From the NCBI GenBank assembly GCA_041694835.1, contig JBGFRZ010000053.1:1-52653 (forward strand): a stretch of 52,653 nucleotides of DNA, in the 5' to 3' direction. A program made the position numbers and the translations under genes. Each line of letters starts with the position of its first letter. Within the stretch, counting starts at the first letter, position 1. The stretch comes from Ignavibacteria bacterium (lineage in GTDB: Bacteria; Elusimicrobiota; Endomicrobiia; PHAN01). This document shows positions 1 to 9,800 of this stretch, one piece after another. The notes under the pieces were generated by a model. That model ran no database searches. It was not told the DNA's origin and saw nothing but the letters and a program-made list of their open reading frames with translations.

Positions 1-137
1 TGGACGAAGCGGGAATCGTTACAACCCCCGGCAACGGCCTCGGAGTTTCGGGCGAAGGATATGTAAGATTCGCTCTGACCGTCGGGGTCCCTCGAATAAA
101 TGAAGCGCTCGACAGAATCGGAAAGATTAAATGGTAA
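1..137 (+). CDS. C-terminal fragment of a PLP-dependent class I/II aminotransferase (LL-diaminopimelate aminotransferase-like), 5' end outside window
   Basis: Frame 3 reads [27 protein letters not shown]...IGKIKW*, the typical C-terminal PGxGxGxxGEGYVR motif. Confidence 0.8.
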   Translation, partial: DEAGIVTTPGNGLGVSGEGYVRFALTVGVPRINEALDRIGKIKW

Positions 138-162
138 CGCTTTCGTGCAGCGCAAAAAAGGC

Positions 163-621
163 GTGACGGTGTTTCTGGGTCTTGGTTCCAATATCGGCGA
201 CAGGAAGAGAAACATCCTTAAAGCCGTAGAAGAATTCGAAAGAAACGGACAGAAGATACTCAAAATTTCGTCGATTTATGAAACGAAGCCGTGGGGATTT
301 GAAAAACAAAGAAAATTTTTGAATGCCGCCGTAAAGATGAAAACTTTTTTGACCGCTTCAGATTTACTCGCTCTTTGCAAATATATCGAGAATAAAATCG
401 GGAGAAAAAAATCTTTCAGATGGGGCCCGCGGAAAGTGGATTTAGATATATTGTTTTATGGCAAAAAAAAAGTTAATACTGAAAAACTAAAAATCCCTCA
501 TCCCGAGATTAAAAACCGTGAATTTGTTCTAAACCCTCTCAAGGAAATCGCTCCAGATTTTATCCATCCCGTTTATGGACAAAGTATTTCAAATATGTTA
601 AAAAAACACTTAAAAATATGA
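163..621 (+). CDS. folK: 2-amino-4-hydroxy-6-hydroxymethyldihydropteridine diphosphokinase
   Basis: VFLGLGSNIGDR, SSIYETKPWG, WGPRKVDLDIL, IPHP motifs; GTG at 163 chosen as start (open frame begins at 100). Confidence 0.93.
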   Translation: MTVFLGLGSNIGDRKRNILKAVEEFERNGQKILKISSIYETKPWGFEKQRKFLNAAVKMKTFLTASDLLALCKYIENKIGRKKSFRWGPRKVDLDILFYGKKKVNTEKLKIPHPEIKNREFVLNPLKEIAPDFIHPVYGQSISNMLKKHLKI

Positions 622-627
622 TATAAT
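619..627 (+). promoter_or_regulatory. Extended -10 promoter element upstream of hup
   Basis: TGATATAAT (TGnTATAAT) ~130 nt upstream of the HU start codon. Confidence 0.45.
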
Positions 628-754
628 CTCTAAAAAATAAAGAGGCAATCATCGCACTTACTTTGAGTTGAGGAGGAACAAAATAATTTTTCAAGTCGGA
701 TGGCTTCCCATCCGTCAGGCGGAGATTAGTTGCTTTCTATAGGAGGATAAGAGG

Positions 755-1027
755 ATGAAGAAACTTAATTTTGTTAAAGAGATAGCAAAGAGCGTCGAGA
801 TGAGCGTCGGAGATGTCGACAGAACACTGAAGTCGTTTGTTAACGTTCTTGTAGAAAATCTTAAAAAAGGCGAGGTTATCTCTTTGTCGGGACTGGGTTC
901 TTTCAGGGTGAAGTCAAGAAAAGCTCGTCCCGCAAGAAATCTCAAAACGAATGAGGCGATATCGGTTCCCGCCGGGAAAAAGATTAATTTTCGTCCGACA
1001 AAAACGCTGAAAAAAATGATACAGTAG
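755..1027 (+). CDS. hup: HU family DNA-binding protein
   Basis: 90 aa, LSGLGSFRVKSRKARPARN...VPAGKKINFRP; AGGAGG SD upstream. Confidence 0.92.
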   Translation: MKKLNFVKEIAKSVEMSVGDVDRTLKSFVNVLVENLKKGEVISLSGLGSFRVKSRKARPARNLKTNEAISVPAGKKINFRPTKTLKKMIQ

Positions 1028-1068
1028 GCCAATGTCCTTTGGTAGTTTCATTCCAGGGGCAATAAAAT

Positions 1069-1344
1069 ATGGACAAAGAGCTTTTCGTCTATAACTTGAG
1101 AATTTCAAGTTGGATTTTCAGGATATGGGGTGCGCTTGTCTCTCTGAAGGGATTTTTTGACGCCGCTTTTGGAGAGCCTGAGGCCAACATGTTTTCTCCT
1201 GACAAATGGGATTTTATTTCTTACAATCAGTGGCTCAGATGGAGTGGTTTTGAGATAACTTACGGAATTTTCTGCTTCGCTTTTGGATATTTTCTTTTTG
1301 AACTGGCGAAAAAAGAATCTCGGGGGCAAAACGGTCGTCCATAA
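1069..1344 (+). CDS. Small hypothetical membrane protein (2 hydrophobic segments)
   Basis: ATG ORF fills the gap between hup and the aminotransferase gene on the same strand. Confidence 0.6.
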   Translation: MDKELFVYNLRISSWIFRIWGALVSLKGFFDAAFGEPEANMFSPDKWDFISYNQWLRWSGFEITYGIFCFAFGYFLFELAKKESRGQNGRP

Positions 1345-1352
1345 GAAAATTT

Positions 1353-2543
1353 ATGATAAAAATAAAACCGTCAAAAATTTTGGATTCGCTGCCGCCTTAT
1401 CTTTTTTCAAGGATTAGCGAACTTAAGCTTCAGGCATACGCCAAGAAACTCGACGTGATAGATCTTGGAATGGGAAATCCCGATATGCCCACCCCGAAAC
1501 ATATAGTCGAAAGACTTTGCGACACAATCGTTAATCATCCAAGGACGCACAGATATCCTCAGGCGAAAGGCATTCCGAGATTCAGGAAAGCCGCCGCCCA
1601 GTGGATGAAGAAAAGATTTGAGGTTGATTTCAATCCGGACTCTGATGTTCTTGCGCTTATCGGCTCTAAAGAAGGCATAGCGCATCTCTGTATGACGTAT
1701 CTTGAGCCGCAAGAATACGTACTGGTTTGCGATCCGGCTTATCCGGTGCACTTCAACGGGGTTGTTCTTGCCAGAGGAAAAATCTATTCCATGCCTCTGC
1801 TTGAAAAAAATGATTACATCCCCGATCTCGGGGAAATACCAAAAAACATTCTGGAAAAATCGAAAATGATTTTTTTAAACTATCCCAATAACCCCACCGC
1901 AGCGATAGCCGACAAAAAGTTTCTTGAAGAGGCGGTTAAATTCGCAAAAAAAAACAACATAATTCTCGTCTACGACAATGCATACTCCGAGATTACATTC
2001 GATGGATATGTAGCCCCTTCCATATTCGAGATATCGGGAGCGAAAGACATCGCTATGGAGTTCCATTCTTTTTCAAAAACCTTCAATATGGCCGGCTGGC
2101 GGGTGGGATGGGTTTGCGGCGATTCGGAATTAATAAAGCCGCTTGAAAAATTCAAGTCATTTCTTGATTATGGCGTCCCCACTTTCATACAGCTTGCGGC
2201 TTCTTGCGCACTTGAGTCATCACAGGAATGCATAAAAAAACAGTGCGACATTTACGCCTCAAGACGTGATAAGATGGTGGACGGACTTCGTAAAATTGGA
2301 TGGGAGTTGAGGAAGCCGCTTGCAACGATGTATTTGTGGGCGAAGCTGCCGGAGAAGTTCAGAATGATGGGCTCTCTGAAATTTTGCGAGGAACTTTTAA
2401 AATCGACGGGCGTTGCTCTTTCGCCGGGCGTGGGCTTCGGCGATCACGGCGAGGGTTATGTTAGAATATCACTTGTTACTCACGACAACAGATTTCACGA
2501 CGCGCTCATTAGAATCAATAAAGTGACGCAAGGCGGATTTTAA
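1353..2543 (+). CDS. PLP-dependent class I/II aminotransferase (LL-DAP aminotransferase/AlaC-like)
   Basis: DLGMGNPD, GSKEG, LNYPNNPT, DNAY, SFSKTFNMAGWRVG (PLP lysine). Confidence 0.9.
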   Translation: MIKIKPSKILDSLPPYLFSRISELKLQAYAKKLDVIDLGMGNPDMPTPKHIVERLCDTIVNHPRTHRYPQAKGIPRFRKAAAQWMKKRFEVDFNPDSDVLALIGSKEGIAHLCMTYLEPQEYVLVCDPAYPVHFNGVVLARGKIYSMPLLEKNDYIPDLGEIPKNILEKSKMIFLNYPNNPTAAIADKKFLEEAVKFAKKNNIILVYDNAYSEITFDGYVAPSIFEISGAKDIAMEFHSFSKTFNMAGWRVGWVCGDSELIKPLEKFKSFLDYGVPTFIQLAASCALESSQECIKKQCDIYASRRDKMVDGLRKIGWELRKPLATMYLWAKLPEKFRMMGSLKFCEELLKSTGVALSPGVGFGDHGEGYVRISLVTHDNRFHDALIRINKVTQGGF

Positions 2544-2556
2544 AATAGGGTAATTT

Positions 2557-3855
2557 ATGGAAAAGATATCTATTGGGATAATAGGCCTTGGAACAGTTGG
2601 GCAGGGGGTGCTTGAGATTTTTTCAAAACACAAAAAAGCCATAATTGATAGAGTCGGGAAAGAAGTTGAGATAGATGCGGTCTGCGACACGGACAAAAAA
2701 AAAGTTCCGAAATATCTGCTGAATGCCTACAGCGCGAATTGGCAAGAGATTGTTGAAAATCCGAAGATTGATTTGGTTGTTGAGCTTATAGGTGGATGGG
2801 AGCCTGCAAGGACGATAATTTTAAGCGCTCTTTCCTCAAAAAAGAATGTGGTCACGGCAAACAAAGCGGTTTTGGCTAGATACTGGGACGAGGTCTTCCG
2901 CTCCGTCAGAAAGCACGGCAATCTTATTTATTTCGAAGCGGCGGTAGGCGGCGGGATACCGGTTGTTCAGTCGTTGAATGAAGGTCTTGCAGCGAACAAA
3001 ATAACAAAGATATCGGGGATATTGAATGGCACGACAAATTTCATATTGACAAAGATGCAGAAAGAAGACATCGGTTTCAGCACAGCACTTGATTATGCCC
3101 GGAAATATGGCTTTGCCGAGGCCAATCCGTCATTTGATATAAAAGGCATCGACACCGCCAACAAACTCTCTATCCTGACATCTATCGCAGCGGAATGCTG
3201 GGTAAAAACTGACGAAATAAACATAGAGGGAATAGACGGAATATCCCGGCAGGACATAAATATCTCCAAAAACGAATTCAACTACACGATAAAACTTATA
3301 GGCAAAAGTATTTTTGACAATGACAAGATAGATATAACAGTTAGACCCACGCTTATATCAGAATCTCACCCTTTCAGGAATGTCGACGGGGAATATAACG
3401 CAATTCTTCTTCACGGAGATGTCGCCGAGGATCTTATGTTCTACGGCAAGGGAGCGGGTCGCGGTCCCGCTGCAAGCGCCGTTGTAAGCGACATTATTTT
3501 TCTCTCACGCCACATCGCCAACAAAACCGCGGGACTTTCGCCTTATATCAACTACAATCCGAACAAAAAAATAAATATAATGAAATCCGCCGACAAAGAA
3601 GGATGCTACTATCTGCGTTTCAGCGTCGAGGATCGTCCAGGGGTACTCGCATCAATAGCAAATATACTTGCAAAAAACAGGGTCTCAATCGCTGCGGTTT
3701 ATCAAAACGTTTTACCCGGGCAGTCAGGGAAAGGGGCGAGCGTAGTTATAATTACGCACAGAGCAAACGAGGGCAAACTTTTTAAATCGTTGGAAGTAAT
3801 AGACAGGCAAAAGTATGTAAAGGGGAAAAGCGCGGTTTATCCGATTGAAAACTAA
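2557..3855 (+). CDS. hom: Homoserine dehydrogenase with C-terminal ACT domain
   Basis: GLGTVG Rossmann motif, VTANKA, FEAAVGGGIP, GILNGTTNFIL, GKGAG, DRPGVLA. Confidence 0.95.
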   Translation: MEKISIGIIGLGTVGQGVLEIFSKHKKAIIDRVGKEVEIDAVCDTDKKKVPKYLLNAYSANWQEIVENPKIDLVVELIGGWEPARTIILSALSSKKNVVTANKAVLARYWDEVFRSVRKHGNLIYFEAAVGGGIPVVQSLNEGLAANKITKISGILNGTTNFILTKMQKEDIGFSTALDYARKYGFAEANPSFDIKGIDTANKLSILTSIAAECWVKTDEINIEGIDGISRQDINISKNEFNYTIKLIGKSIFDNDKIDITVRPTLISESHPFRNVDGEYNAILLHGDVAEDLMFYGKGAGRGPAASAVVSDIIFLSRHIANKTAGLSPYINYNPNKKINIMKSADKEGCYYLRFSVEDRPGVLASIANILAKNRVSIAAVYQNVLPGQSGKGASVVIITHRANEGKLFKSLEVIDRQKYVKGKSAVYPIEN

Positions 3856-3927
3856 AGCCGGCGATAGGATTTGAACCTACGACCCGCGGTTTACAAAACC
3901 GCTGCTCTACCACTGAGCTACGCCGGC
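3856..3927 (-). tRNA. tRNA-Thr(UGU)
   Basis: GCCGGCG acceptor stem, TAGCTCAGTGGTAGAGC D arm, GCGGT-TT-TGT-AA-ACCGC anticodon arm, GGTTCAAATCC T arm; CCA not encoded. Confidence 0.96.
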
Positions 3928-3987
3928 GTCAAAAATAAAGTCAATCACAGACATTTTTATTTTATCAAATTAAAGGAGCTTTACAAA

Positions 3988-5244
3988 ATGGGCATTAAGG
4001 AAGATGTATTGGCAAAAGCTGAATCGGCAAAATCCGCATCGCGCCTGATGGCTCTTTTGACAAGCGAACAAAAATCCAGGATACTCATGGCGATGTCTGA
4101 GGCTATACTTAATGAAAAGGACAACATAATCTTTCATAACTCCATAGATGTCGAGGCCGCGAAAGAATCTGGATTGTCGGCATCTCTCATAGACCGACTT
4201 ACTCTGGATGAAAAAAGGGTTAAAGCGCTCGCGGAGTCGTTGGCGGAGATATCAAATCTGCCGGATCCGGTTGGCGAGGTGATTTCCGAATGGGTGCGAC
4301 CCATCGGAATAAAAATCAGAAAAATAAGAGTCCCCCTCGGGGTCGTCGGAATGCTCTATGAGTCTCGCCCGAATGTAACGGTTGACGCCGTCGCGTTGTG
4401 CATAATATCCGGGAATGCCTGCATACTGAAAGGTGGAAGCGAAGCCATAAATTCAAATCATTCGCTCATAAAAATTTTAAATGAATCAGGGCTCTCGACT
4501 GGCTTGCCCGATGGTGCTATAAACTTTATAGAAACGGCCGACAGAAATTCCATCGTTGAGATGATAAAGCTGGATAATCTGGTGGATATAATAATTCCGC
4601 GAGGTTCCAGGGAGATGATAAAATTCATAAGGGAGCATTCGATTGTTCCTGTTCTTGCACATGGTAAAGGACTATGCCATACTTATATTGATAAGTTCGC
4701 CGATATAGGAATGGCAAAAAAGATATCCTTCAATGCAAAATGTCAGAGGCCGGGTGTCTGTAACGCAATGGAGACCCTTTTAGTCCACAAAGATGTGGCA
4801 TCCGAATTTCTGCCCGACATGTGTAAGGCGTACAAAGAAGCGAATGTAGAACTTCGCGGATGCAAAATCACAAAATCCGTAATTCCAGATGTGATAGAGG
4901 CAAAGGATGCCGATTGGTCAAGTGAGTATTTGGATTTGATAATATCAATAAAAGTCGTAAGTTCACTTGATGAAGCCATAGAGCATATAAATGTATACGG
5001 CTCGGGACATTCCGAATCCATAGTTACAGATGACCGTGCTTGCGCCGAAAAATTTCTCGCAGAAGTGGATGCTGCGGCTGTTTTTCATAATGCCTCAACT
5101 CGCCTTCATGATGGCGGAGTGTTCGGTTTCGGGGCTGAAATCGGCATATCGACGCAGAAGCTTCATGCGCGCGGCACTATGGGTGCCAGAGAGCTGACGA
5201 CAACAAAATATGTCGTTTACGGCTCTGGTCAGATAAGAGAATGA
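3988..5244 (+). CDS. proA: Gamma-glutamyl phosphate reductase
   Basis: RVPLGVVGMLYESRPNVT, GVCNAMETLLVH, NASTR, GAEIGISTQKLHARG; ATG at 3988 after AAGGAG. Confidence 0.96.
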   Translation: MGIKEDVLAKAESAKSASRLMALLTSEQKSRILMAMSEAILNEKDNIIFHNSIDVEAAKESGLSASLIDRLTLDEKRVKALAESLAEISNLPDPVGEVISEWVRPIGIKIRKIRVPLGVVGMLYESRPNVTVDAVALCIISGNACILKGGSEAINSNHSLIKILNESGLSTGLPDGAINFIETADRNSIVEMIKLDNLVDIIIPRGSREMIKFIREHSIVPVLAHGKGLCHTYIDKFADIGMAKKISFNAKCQRPGVCNAMETLLVHKDVASEFLPDMCKAYKEANVELRGCKITKSVIPDVIEAKDADWSSEYLDLIISIKVVSSLDEAIEHINVYGSGHSESIVTDDRACAEKFLAEVDAAAVFHNASTRLHDGGVFGFGAEIGISTQKLHARGTMGARELTTTKYVVYGSGQIRE

Positions 5245-6374
5245 AAATCGGATTATTTGGCGGATCGTTCGACCCCGTTCACAACACCCACATAAAGATA
5301 GCCCAAGAATCTGCAAAGCGATATAACATCGACAAAATAATATTCATACCTGCAAAAAACCCGCCTCATAGGGAAAAGAAAAATCCAATAGACCCAAGAT
5401 ACCGTCTTGATATGCTAAACCTTGCCATAAGAGGACGCAAGGACTTCACGCTCAGCGATTTCGAGATAAAAAGAGAAAGAGTGACTTATACCGCCGACAC
5501 GATAAAACATTTCAGAAAGAAATTTCCGGACGACGAGATTTTTTTCATAATAGGCGCCGACGCCCTTGCCGAAATTCCCCATTGGAAAAAAGGGATGGGG
5601 TTGCTTAAGATGTGCAAATTCATCGTGGCACAACGTCCTTCGGTAAAAATTTCGGGAAAATACGATGTTTTATATTTGAAAGATGTAAACTCCGATATAT
5701 CGTCGAGTTATATAAGAAAAAACATCTACTTAAATAACGTATCGAAGTTCATGCCTCCGGGCGTTTACAGTTATGTGAGAAAAAATTATCTTTATCTCGA
5801 CGAATGTATAAAAGAATATCTAAAAAAAAGGCTCGATTCTGCAAAATACAAACACACAATTGGTGCGGCCGATGTCGCGGTTAAGCTCGCTAAAACCTTC
5901 GGCGCCGACCCGAGAAAAACACTTATAGCGTCTTTGCTTCACGATCTGGGAAGGATTCATTCAATTTCAAGTTATGAGGCTTACTTAAACGAAAACAAAC
6001 TACATTTCAAAGGATTGGAGGAAATTGAAAGGAAAAATCCATTTTTGCTTCATTCCTTTATATCGGCGGACATGTCGAAAAAAATCTTCAAAATAAAGGA
6101 CACTGAAATTTTAAACGCCATAAAAAATCACACCTTTGGCGCGCCGAAATACAATGCGACGCTCTATGATAAAATTATATACGTCTCCGACACCATCGCT
6201 CCCGACCGAAGGTTCAAGAATATATCGGGAATAAGAAATGTCGCCTACAGAAACATAAACAAAGCGATGTTTTTATGTTCAGCGATTAAGATGCATTACA
6301 TCATTAAGAAAGGAAAATGGCTTGCGCCCCAGAGCGTGGCGGTTTACAACAGTTACAGAATATATGAAAGTTAA
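5241..6374 (+). CDS. nadD: Nicotinate-nucleotide adenylyltransferase fused to a YqeK-type HD hydrolase
   Basis: GGSFDPVH, IIGAD, ISSS in N-half; H..G, LLHDLGR, LLH, NHT, D..APDR in C-half. Confidence 0.9.
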   Translation: MKIGLFGGSFDPVHNTHIKIAQESAKRYNIDKIIFIPAKNPPHREKKNPIDPRYRLDMLNLAIRGRKDFTLSDFEIKRERVTYTADTIKHFRKKFPDDEIFFIIGADALAEIPHWKKGMGLLKMCKFIVAQRPSVKISGKYDVLYLKDVNSDISSSYIRKNIYLNNVSKFMPPGVYSYVRKNYLYLDECIKEYLKKRLDSAKYKHTIGAADVAVKLAKTFGADPRKTLIASLLHDLGRIHSISSYEAYLNENKLHFKGLEEIERKNPFLLHSFISADMSKKIFKIKDTEILNAIKNHTFGAPKYNATLYDKIIYVSDTIAPDRRFKNISGIRNVAYRNINKAMFLCSAIKMHYIIKKGKWLAPQSVAVYNSYRIYES

Positions 6375-7527
6375 ATTTCAGCCGTTTCTTCTGCTCTTTT
6401 TTGCGACTGTTCTTGCCGTATCCATAATTTTTCAAGGCACGGACACTATATCAAAAGCGATAAGGTCGGGCGAAAGGATAAACATCCTCATTATGGGAAT
6501 AGACGCCGTCCAGACAGCCAGACACACCGACACACTGATATTTATGAGTTACAGCCCGAAGGAGCAGATTCTCGATATGTTCTCCATCCCAAGGGACACA
6601 CTCGTAAGACCTGACGGGCAAAAAGCAAGAAGAATAAACGAGATATACGCACATAGCTACAAAAAATCAAAATCAGAAAAATATGCCGCCCAGCATCTTC
6701 TAAACGCGTTAAATGCTAATATTTTTTACGGCAAAGTGGAATTAAAACATTACATGCTGATAGAGTATGATTTTTTAATAAAACTCGTGGATTTGCTTGG
6801 AAAAATAAGGGTTGAAATCACGGAACCTATGAAATACGATGATTTCGCGGGAAAATTCCATATAGATTTTTCGACGGGGGTTCACTATCTCAATGGAGAG
6901 GACGCTCTTAAATTCATTCGCTATAGAGGCAAGGGGAGCGACATAAAGAGGATATCAAGGCAGCAGAAGTTTATTTCACAGTGGGTCAAAAGCATAAAAA
7001 AACCGGTCTTAATGATAAAATCGCCGAAAATTGTGAAGCATTTTCTTGAAAAAACTGACACAAACATAAGTGTGTGGGGAATGATAAGCCTTTTTGTTGA
7101 ATTAAGAGATTTTAACCCATCCAGGATAAGGTTTTTCACGCTTCCGGGCAGATTTTACGGAAATTATTGGCTGTGCGACAGAGATGAGATGTCAAATATC
7201 TTCAGTATAGTAAACGCTCCAAGAAAAGAAACATCACCCTATCTCGTCGAGGTGTGGAACGCATCCGGATACGGCGGAGCCGCAAGAGCCGCTCGCGACG
7301 CTTTGATTCGCTCTGGATTCAATGTAGTTGAATGGGGGAATTATTCCATCCGTCAAGAGAAGACCATAATAAAAAATCTTTCAAGCGACATCAATCCCGC
7401 GATCGTTGTTCAATCATTGCTCGGTTGTGGCGACATAATAAACAAATATGAATCGAACAGAGCCGTAGATTTAAGTATCATAATAGGTAAGGATTTCAAA
7501 GAGTCGGAGGTAGTGCAGTTGAAATGA
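6364..7527 (+). CDS. LCP (LytR-CpsA-Psr) family protein with LytR C-terminal domain
   Basis: N-terminal TM, NILIMGID, TDT, SIPRDT, LNGEDALKFIRYR, DIKRISRQQ, VEVWNASG. Confidence 0.9.
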   Translation: MKVKFQPFLLLFFATVLAVSIIFQGTDTISKAIRSGERINILIMGIDAVQTARHTDTLIFMSYSPKEQILDMFSIPRDTLVRPDGQKARRINEIYAHSYKKSKSEKYAAQHLLNALNANIFYGKVELKHYMLIEYDFLIKLVDLLGKIRVEITEPMKYDDFAGKFHIDFSTGVHYLNGEDALKFIRYRGKGSDIKRISRQQKFISQWVKSIKKPVLMIKSPKIVKHFLEKTDTNISVWGMISLFVELRDFNPSRIRFFTLPGRFYGNYWLCDRDEMSNIFSIVNAPRKETSPYLVEVWNASGYGGAARAARDALIRSGFNVVEWGNYSIRQEKTIIKNLSSDINPAIVVQSLLGCGDIINKYESNRAVDLSIIIGKDFKESEVVQLK

Positions 7528-7850
7528 AGACTCTGAATCTTGCAAAAAAAATAGCGCAAATAGCGATTTCAAAGAAAGCCGAAGATGTTATCATAATTAA
7601 CATAAAAAGGTTTACAGTTATAAGCGATTACTTCGTGATACTTACCGCTACCTCCGAGCCCCATAGGAAGACGCTGATGGAAGAGATTGAAAAAAAAACG
7701 GAAGCATCATTCGGGTTTGCGCCTCTTCATGTTGACGGCAAAAAAGCACCGGGTTGGACAGCCATAGATTACGGCGCTGTAATTGTTCACATTTTTTCAA
7801 AAAGTCAGCGAGCTCTTTATCAACTCGAAAAATTATATTACGCAAAATAA
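7524..7850 (+). CDS. rsfS: Ribosome silencing factor
   Basis: KKAEDV, DYFVI, W..IDYG.VIVHIF, R.LYQLE; follows nadD. Confidence 0.93.
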   Translation: MKTLNLAKKIAQIAISKKAEDVIIINIKRFTVISDYFVILTATSEPHRKTLMEEIEKKTEASFGFAPLHVDGKKAPGWTAIDYGAVIVHIFSKSQRALYQLEKLYYAK

Positions 7851-7860
7851 AGATTGAAAA

Positions 7861-9456
7861 ATGATTAAAACCAGACTTAAAGAAATAATAACATCTGTTT
7901 TGAATTTGAAATACAAGGATATTCCGGATTTTCTTCTAAACACTCCTCCGGGCAGCATAAAATGCGATTTTGCCACAAATCTTCCTCTCGCCGCCTCGAA
8001 AAATTTGAAAGTTCCCGCGCAGAAGTTGGCGAAAGAGTTTGCGGAGGAACTAAAAAAAATACCGCAGATCAGGGATATAACGGTTGTGGGTGGATTTATT
8101 AATTTTTGCGTTTCCGACGAATTTTTATACGAAACGATATCCGGGATTTATTGCGCCGGCGAAAAAATTTATGAAAACCCTTCCAACAAAGTTAAAAGAA
8201 TACTTATCGAGTTCGTTTCATCGAATCCCACCGGACCTCTTCACATAGGACATGCGCGCTGTGCCGCTATAGGCGATTCCCTGTCGCATCTCCACACCGC
8301 TCTCGGTTTTTCCGTCGAAAAGGAGTATTATGTCAACGATTCGGGAAATCAGGTGGAGATTCTTAAAAACTCCGTCGAGGCTAGAATTAACGAACTGAAA
8401 AATATCCCATCGCAGTTCCCCGAAAACGAATACAAAGGCGCCTATATCTATGACATCGCCCGCGAGATAATCAAACGCGGTGAGACGGATATAAAAAAGT
8501 TTGCGGTGGATTATATTATGGACGGGACAGTTCGCGATCTCGATAGTTTCAGAGTTGTCGTGGACAGATATTTCTATGAATCTTCATTAAAAGAAAACAC
8601 CGACAAGTTGTTGGAGGAATTCGCCGCGAACGCTAAGTCCTATGAGAGCGATGGAGCTCTATGGTTTGGCAACAAGAATCAATCGGAAGACGAAAAAGAC
8701 AGGGTTCTGAGAAAGCGCACTGGTGAATACACATATTTTGCGACGGATATAGCGTATCACAAAGACAAGTTTGCAAGGGGTTACGATGAACTGCTCAATG
8801 TATGGGGCGCCGACCATCACGGTTATGTCGGAAGGATAAAAGCCGCCGCGAGGGCGCTCGGCTATGATGCGGAAAAATTAAAAATTATTTTATATCAGCT
8901 TGTTTCCCTTAAAAGGGGCGGAAAAAAAGTGGCGATGTCCACCCGTTCGGGCGAGTTCGTGACATTGAAAGAGGTTGTGGATGAAGTTGGTGCGGATGCA
9001 GCGAGATTTTTCCTTCTTATGCGCGCCCCGGATTCCCCGGTTGAATTTGATTTAGAAGTTGCCAAAAAGCAGACATCCGAAAATCCGGTTTATTATGTCC
9101 AATACGCTCACGCAAGGATTTCTTCGGTTTTTGCTGAAGCAAAAAAAAGGGGCGTTGAGTTGAAAGAAGAGATAAACTGGGCCATTCTGACAGAGTTCGC
9201 CGAAAAAGACCTGTTGAAACTAATAGCTTCTTTTGGCGATGTATTACTCCTGTGCCGGAAGGATTTGTCGACTCATCACATAACGGTTTTTCTCATAGAA
9301 GCCGCAAAAAAGATGCATAATTTTTATGAAAAATGCCGCGTCATAAACGACGACGCGTCTATGTCTAACTCGCGACTCGCATTGATTAAGATCGCTCAGA
9401 AAACCATAAAGTTGGGATTAGACATTCTAGGTGTTTCCGCCCCCGAGCGGATGTGA
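7861..9456 (+). CDS. argS: Arginine--tRNA ligase
   Basis: EFVSSNPTGPLHIGHAR, WGADHHGY, MSTRSG, YYVQYAHARI, SAPERM end. Confidence 0.97.
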   Translation: MIKTRLKEIITSVLNLKYKDIPDFLLNTPPGSIKCDFATNLPLAASKNLKVPAQKLAKEFAEELKKIPQIRDITVVGGFINFCVSDEFLYETISGIYCAGEKIYENPSNKVKRILIEFVSSNPTGPLHIGHARCAAIGDSLSHLHTALGFSVEKEYYVNDSGNQVEILKNSVEARINELKNIPSQFPENEYKGAYIYDIAREIIKRGETDIKKFAVDYIMDGTVRDLDSFRVVVDRYFYESSLKENTDKLLEEFAANAKSYESDGALWFGNKNQSEDEKDRVLRKRTGEYTYFATDIAYHKDKFARGYDELLNVWGADHHGYVGRIKAAARALGYDAEKLKIILYQLVSLKRGGKKVAMSTRSGEFVTLKEVVDEVGADAARFFLLMRAPDSPVEFDLEVAKKQTSENPVYYVQYAHARISSVFAEAKKRGVELKEEINWAILTEFAEKDLLKLIASFGDVLLLCRKDLSTHHITVFLIEAAKKMHNFYEKCRVINDDASMSNSRLALIKIAQKTIKLGLDILGVSAPERM

Positions 9457-9489
9457 GTGTTTTCAAGTTTTTTAGTTTTTTTGTATAAT

Positions 9490-9766
9490 GAGAGCGTTGA
9501 AAAACCCCGCCGTGGAGCAGGAATAGGACGCAGATTTTCGCAGATGAGTTTATAGTTGCTTTAATCTGCGTTTATCAAAGTTGTTTCTGCGTTCATCTGC
9601 GTTCAATTATTTTTTAGGACGCAGATTTACAGGATTATCGCAGATTAAAAACTTTACCACGAAATCACGAAAATTAGAAATCACAAAATTCTTTACAAGT
9701 ATTTTCGTGTTTTCGCGCTTTCGTGGTTCAAATCTTTTTTCATCTGCGTTCATCTGCGTTCAAAAT
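9490..9766. repeat. Composite hairpin repeat / MITE-like element
   Basis: Starts GAGAGCGTTGAAAAAC; nested ACGCAGAT..ATCTGCGT and CCACGAAA..TTTCGTGG arms; near-identical inverted copy at ~17597-17779 lacking one inner hairpin. Confidence 0.85.
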
Positions 9767-9800
9767 ATAGTCCCCCAATTCATTGGGATAGGAGAGTCAA

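Noticed and set aside
640-740. Lysine riboswitch (AGAGG start, aspartate-pathway genes downstream)
   Set aside because: Too short and lacks the AGUA, GAAAGG and GCCGAA core motifs
3871-3987. N-terminal extension of ProA in the ORF track
   Set aside because: Overlaps tRNA-Thr on the other strand; an ATG with SD lies at 3988
5241-6374. NadD-YqeK fusion as a novelty
   Set aside because: These genes are commonly adjacent or fused
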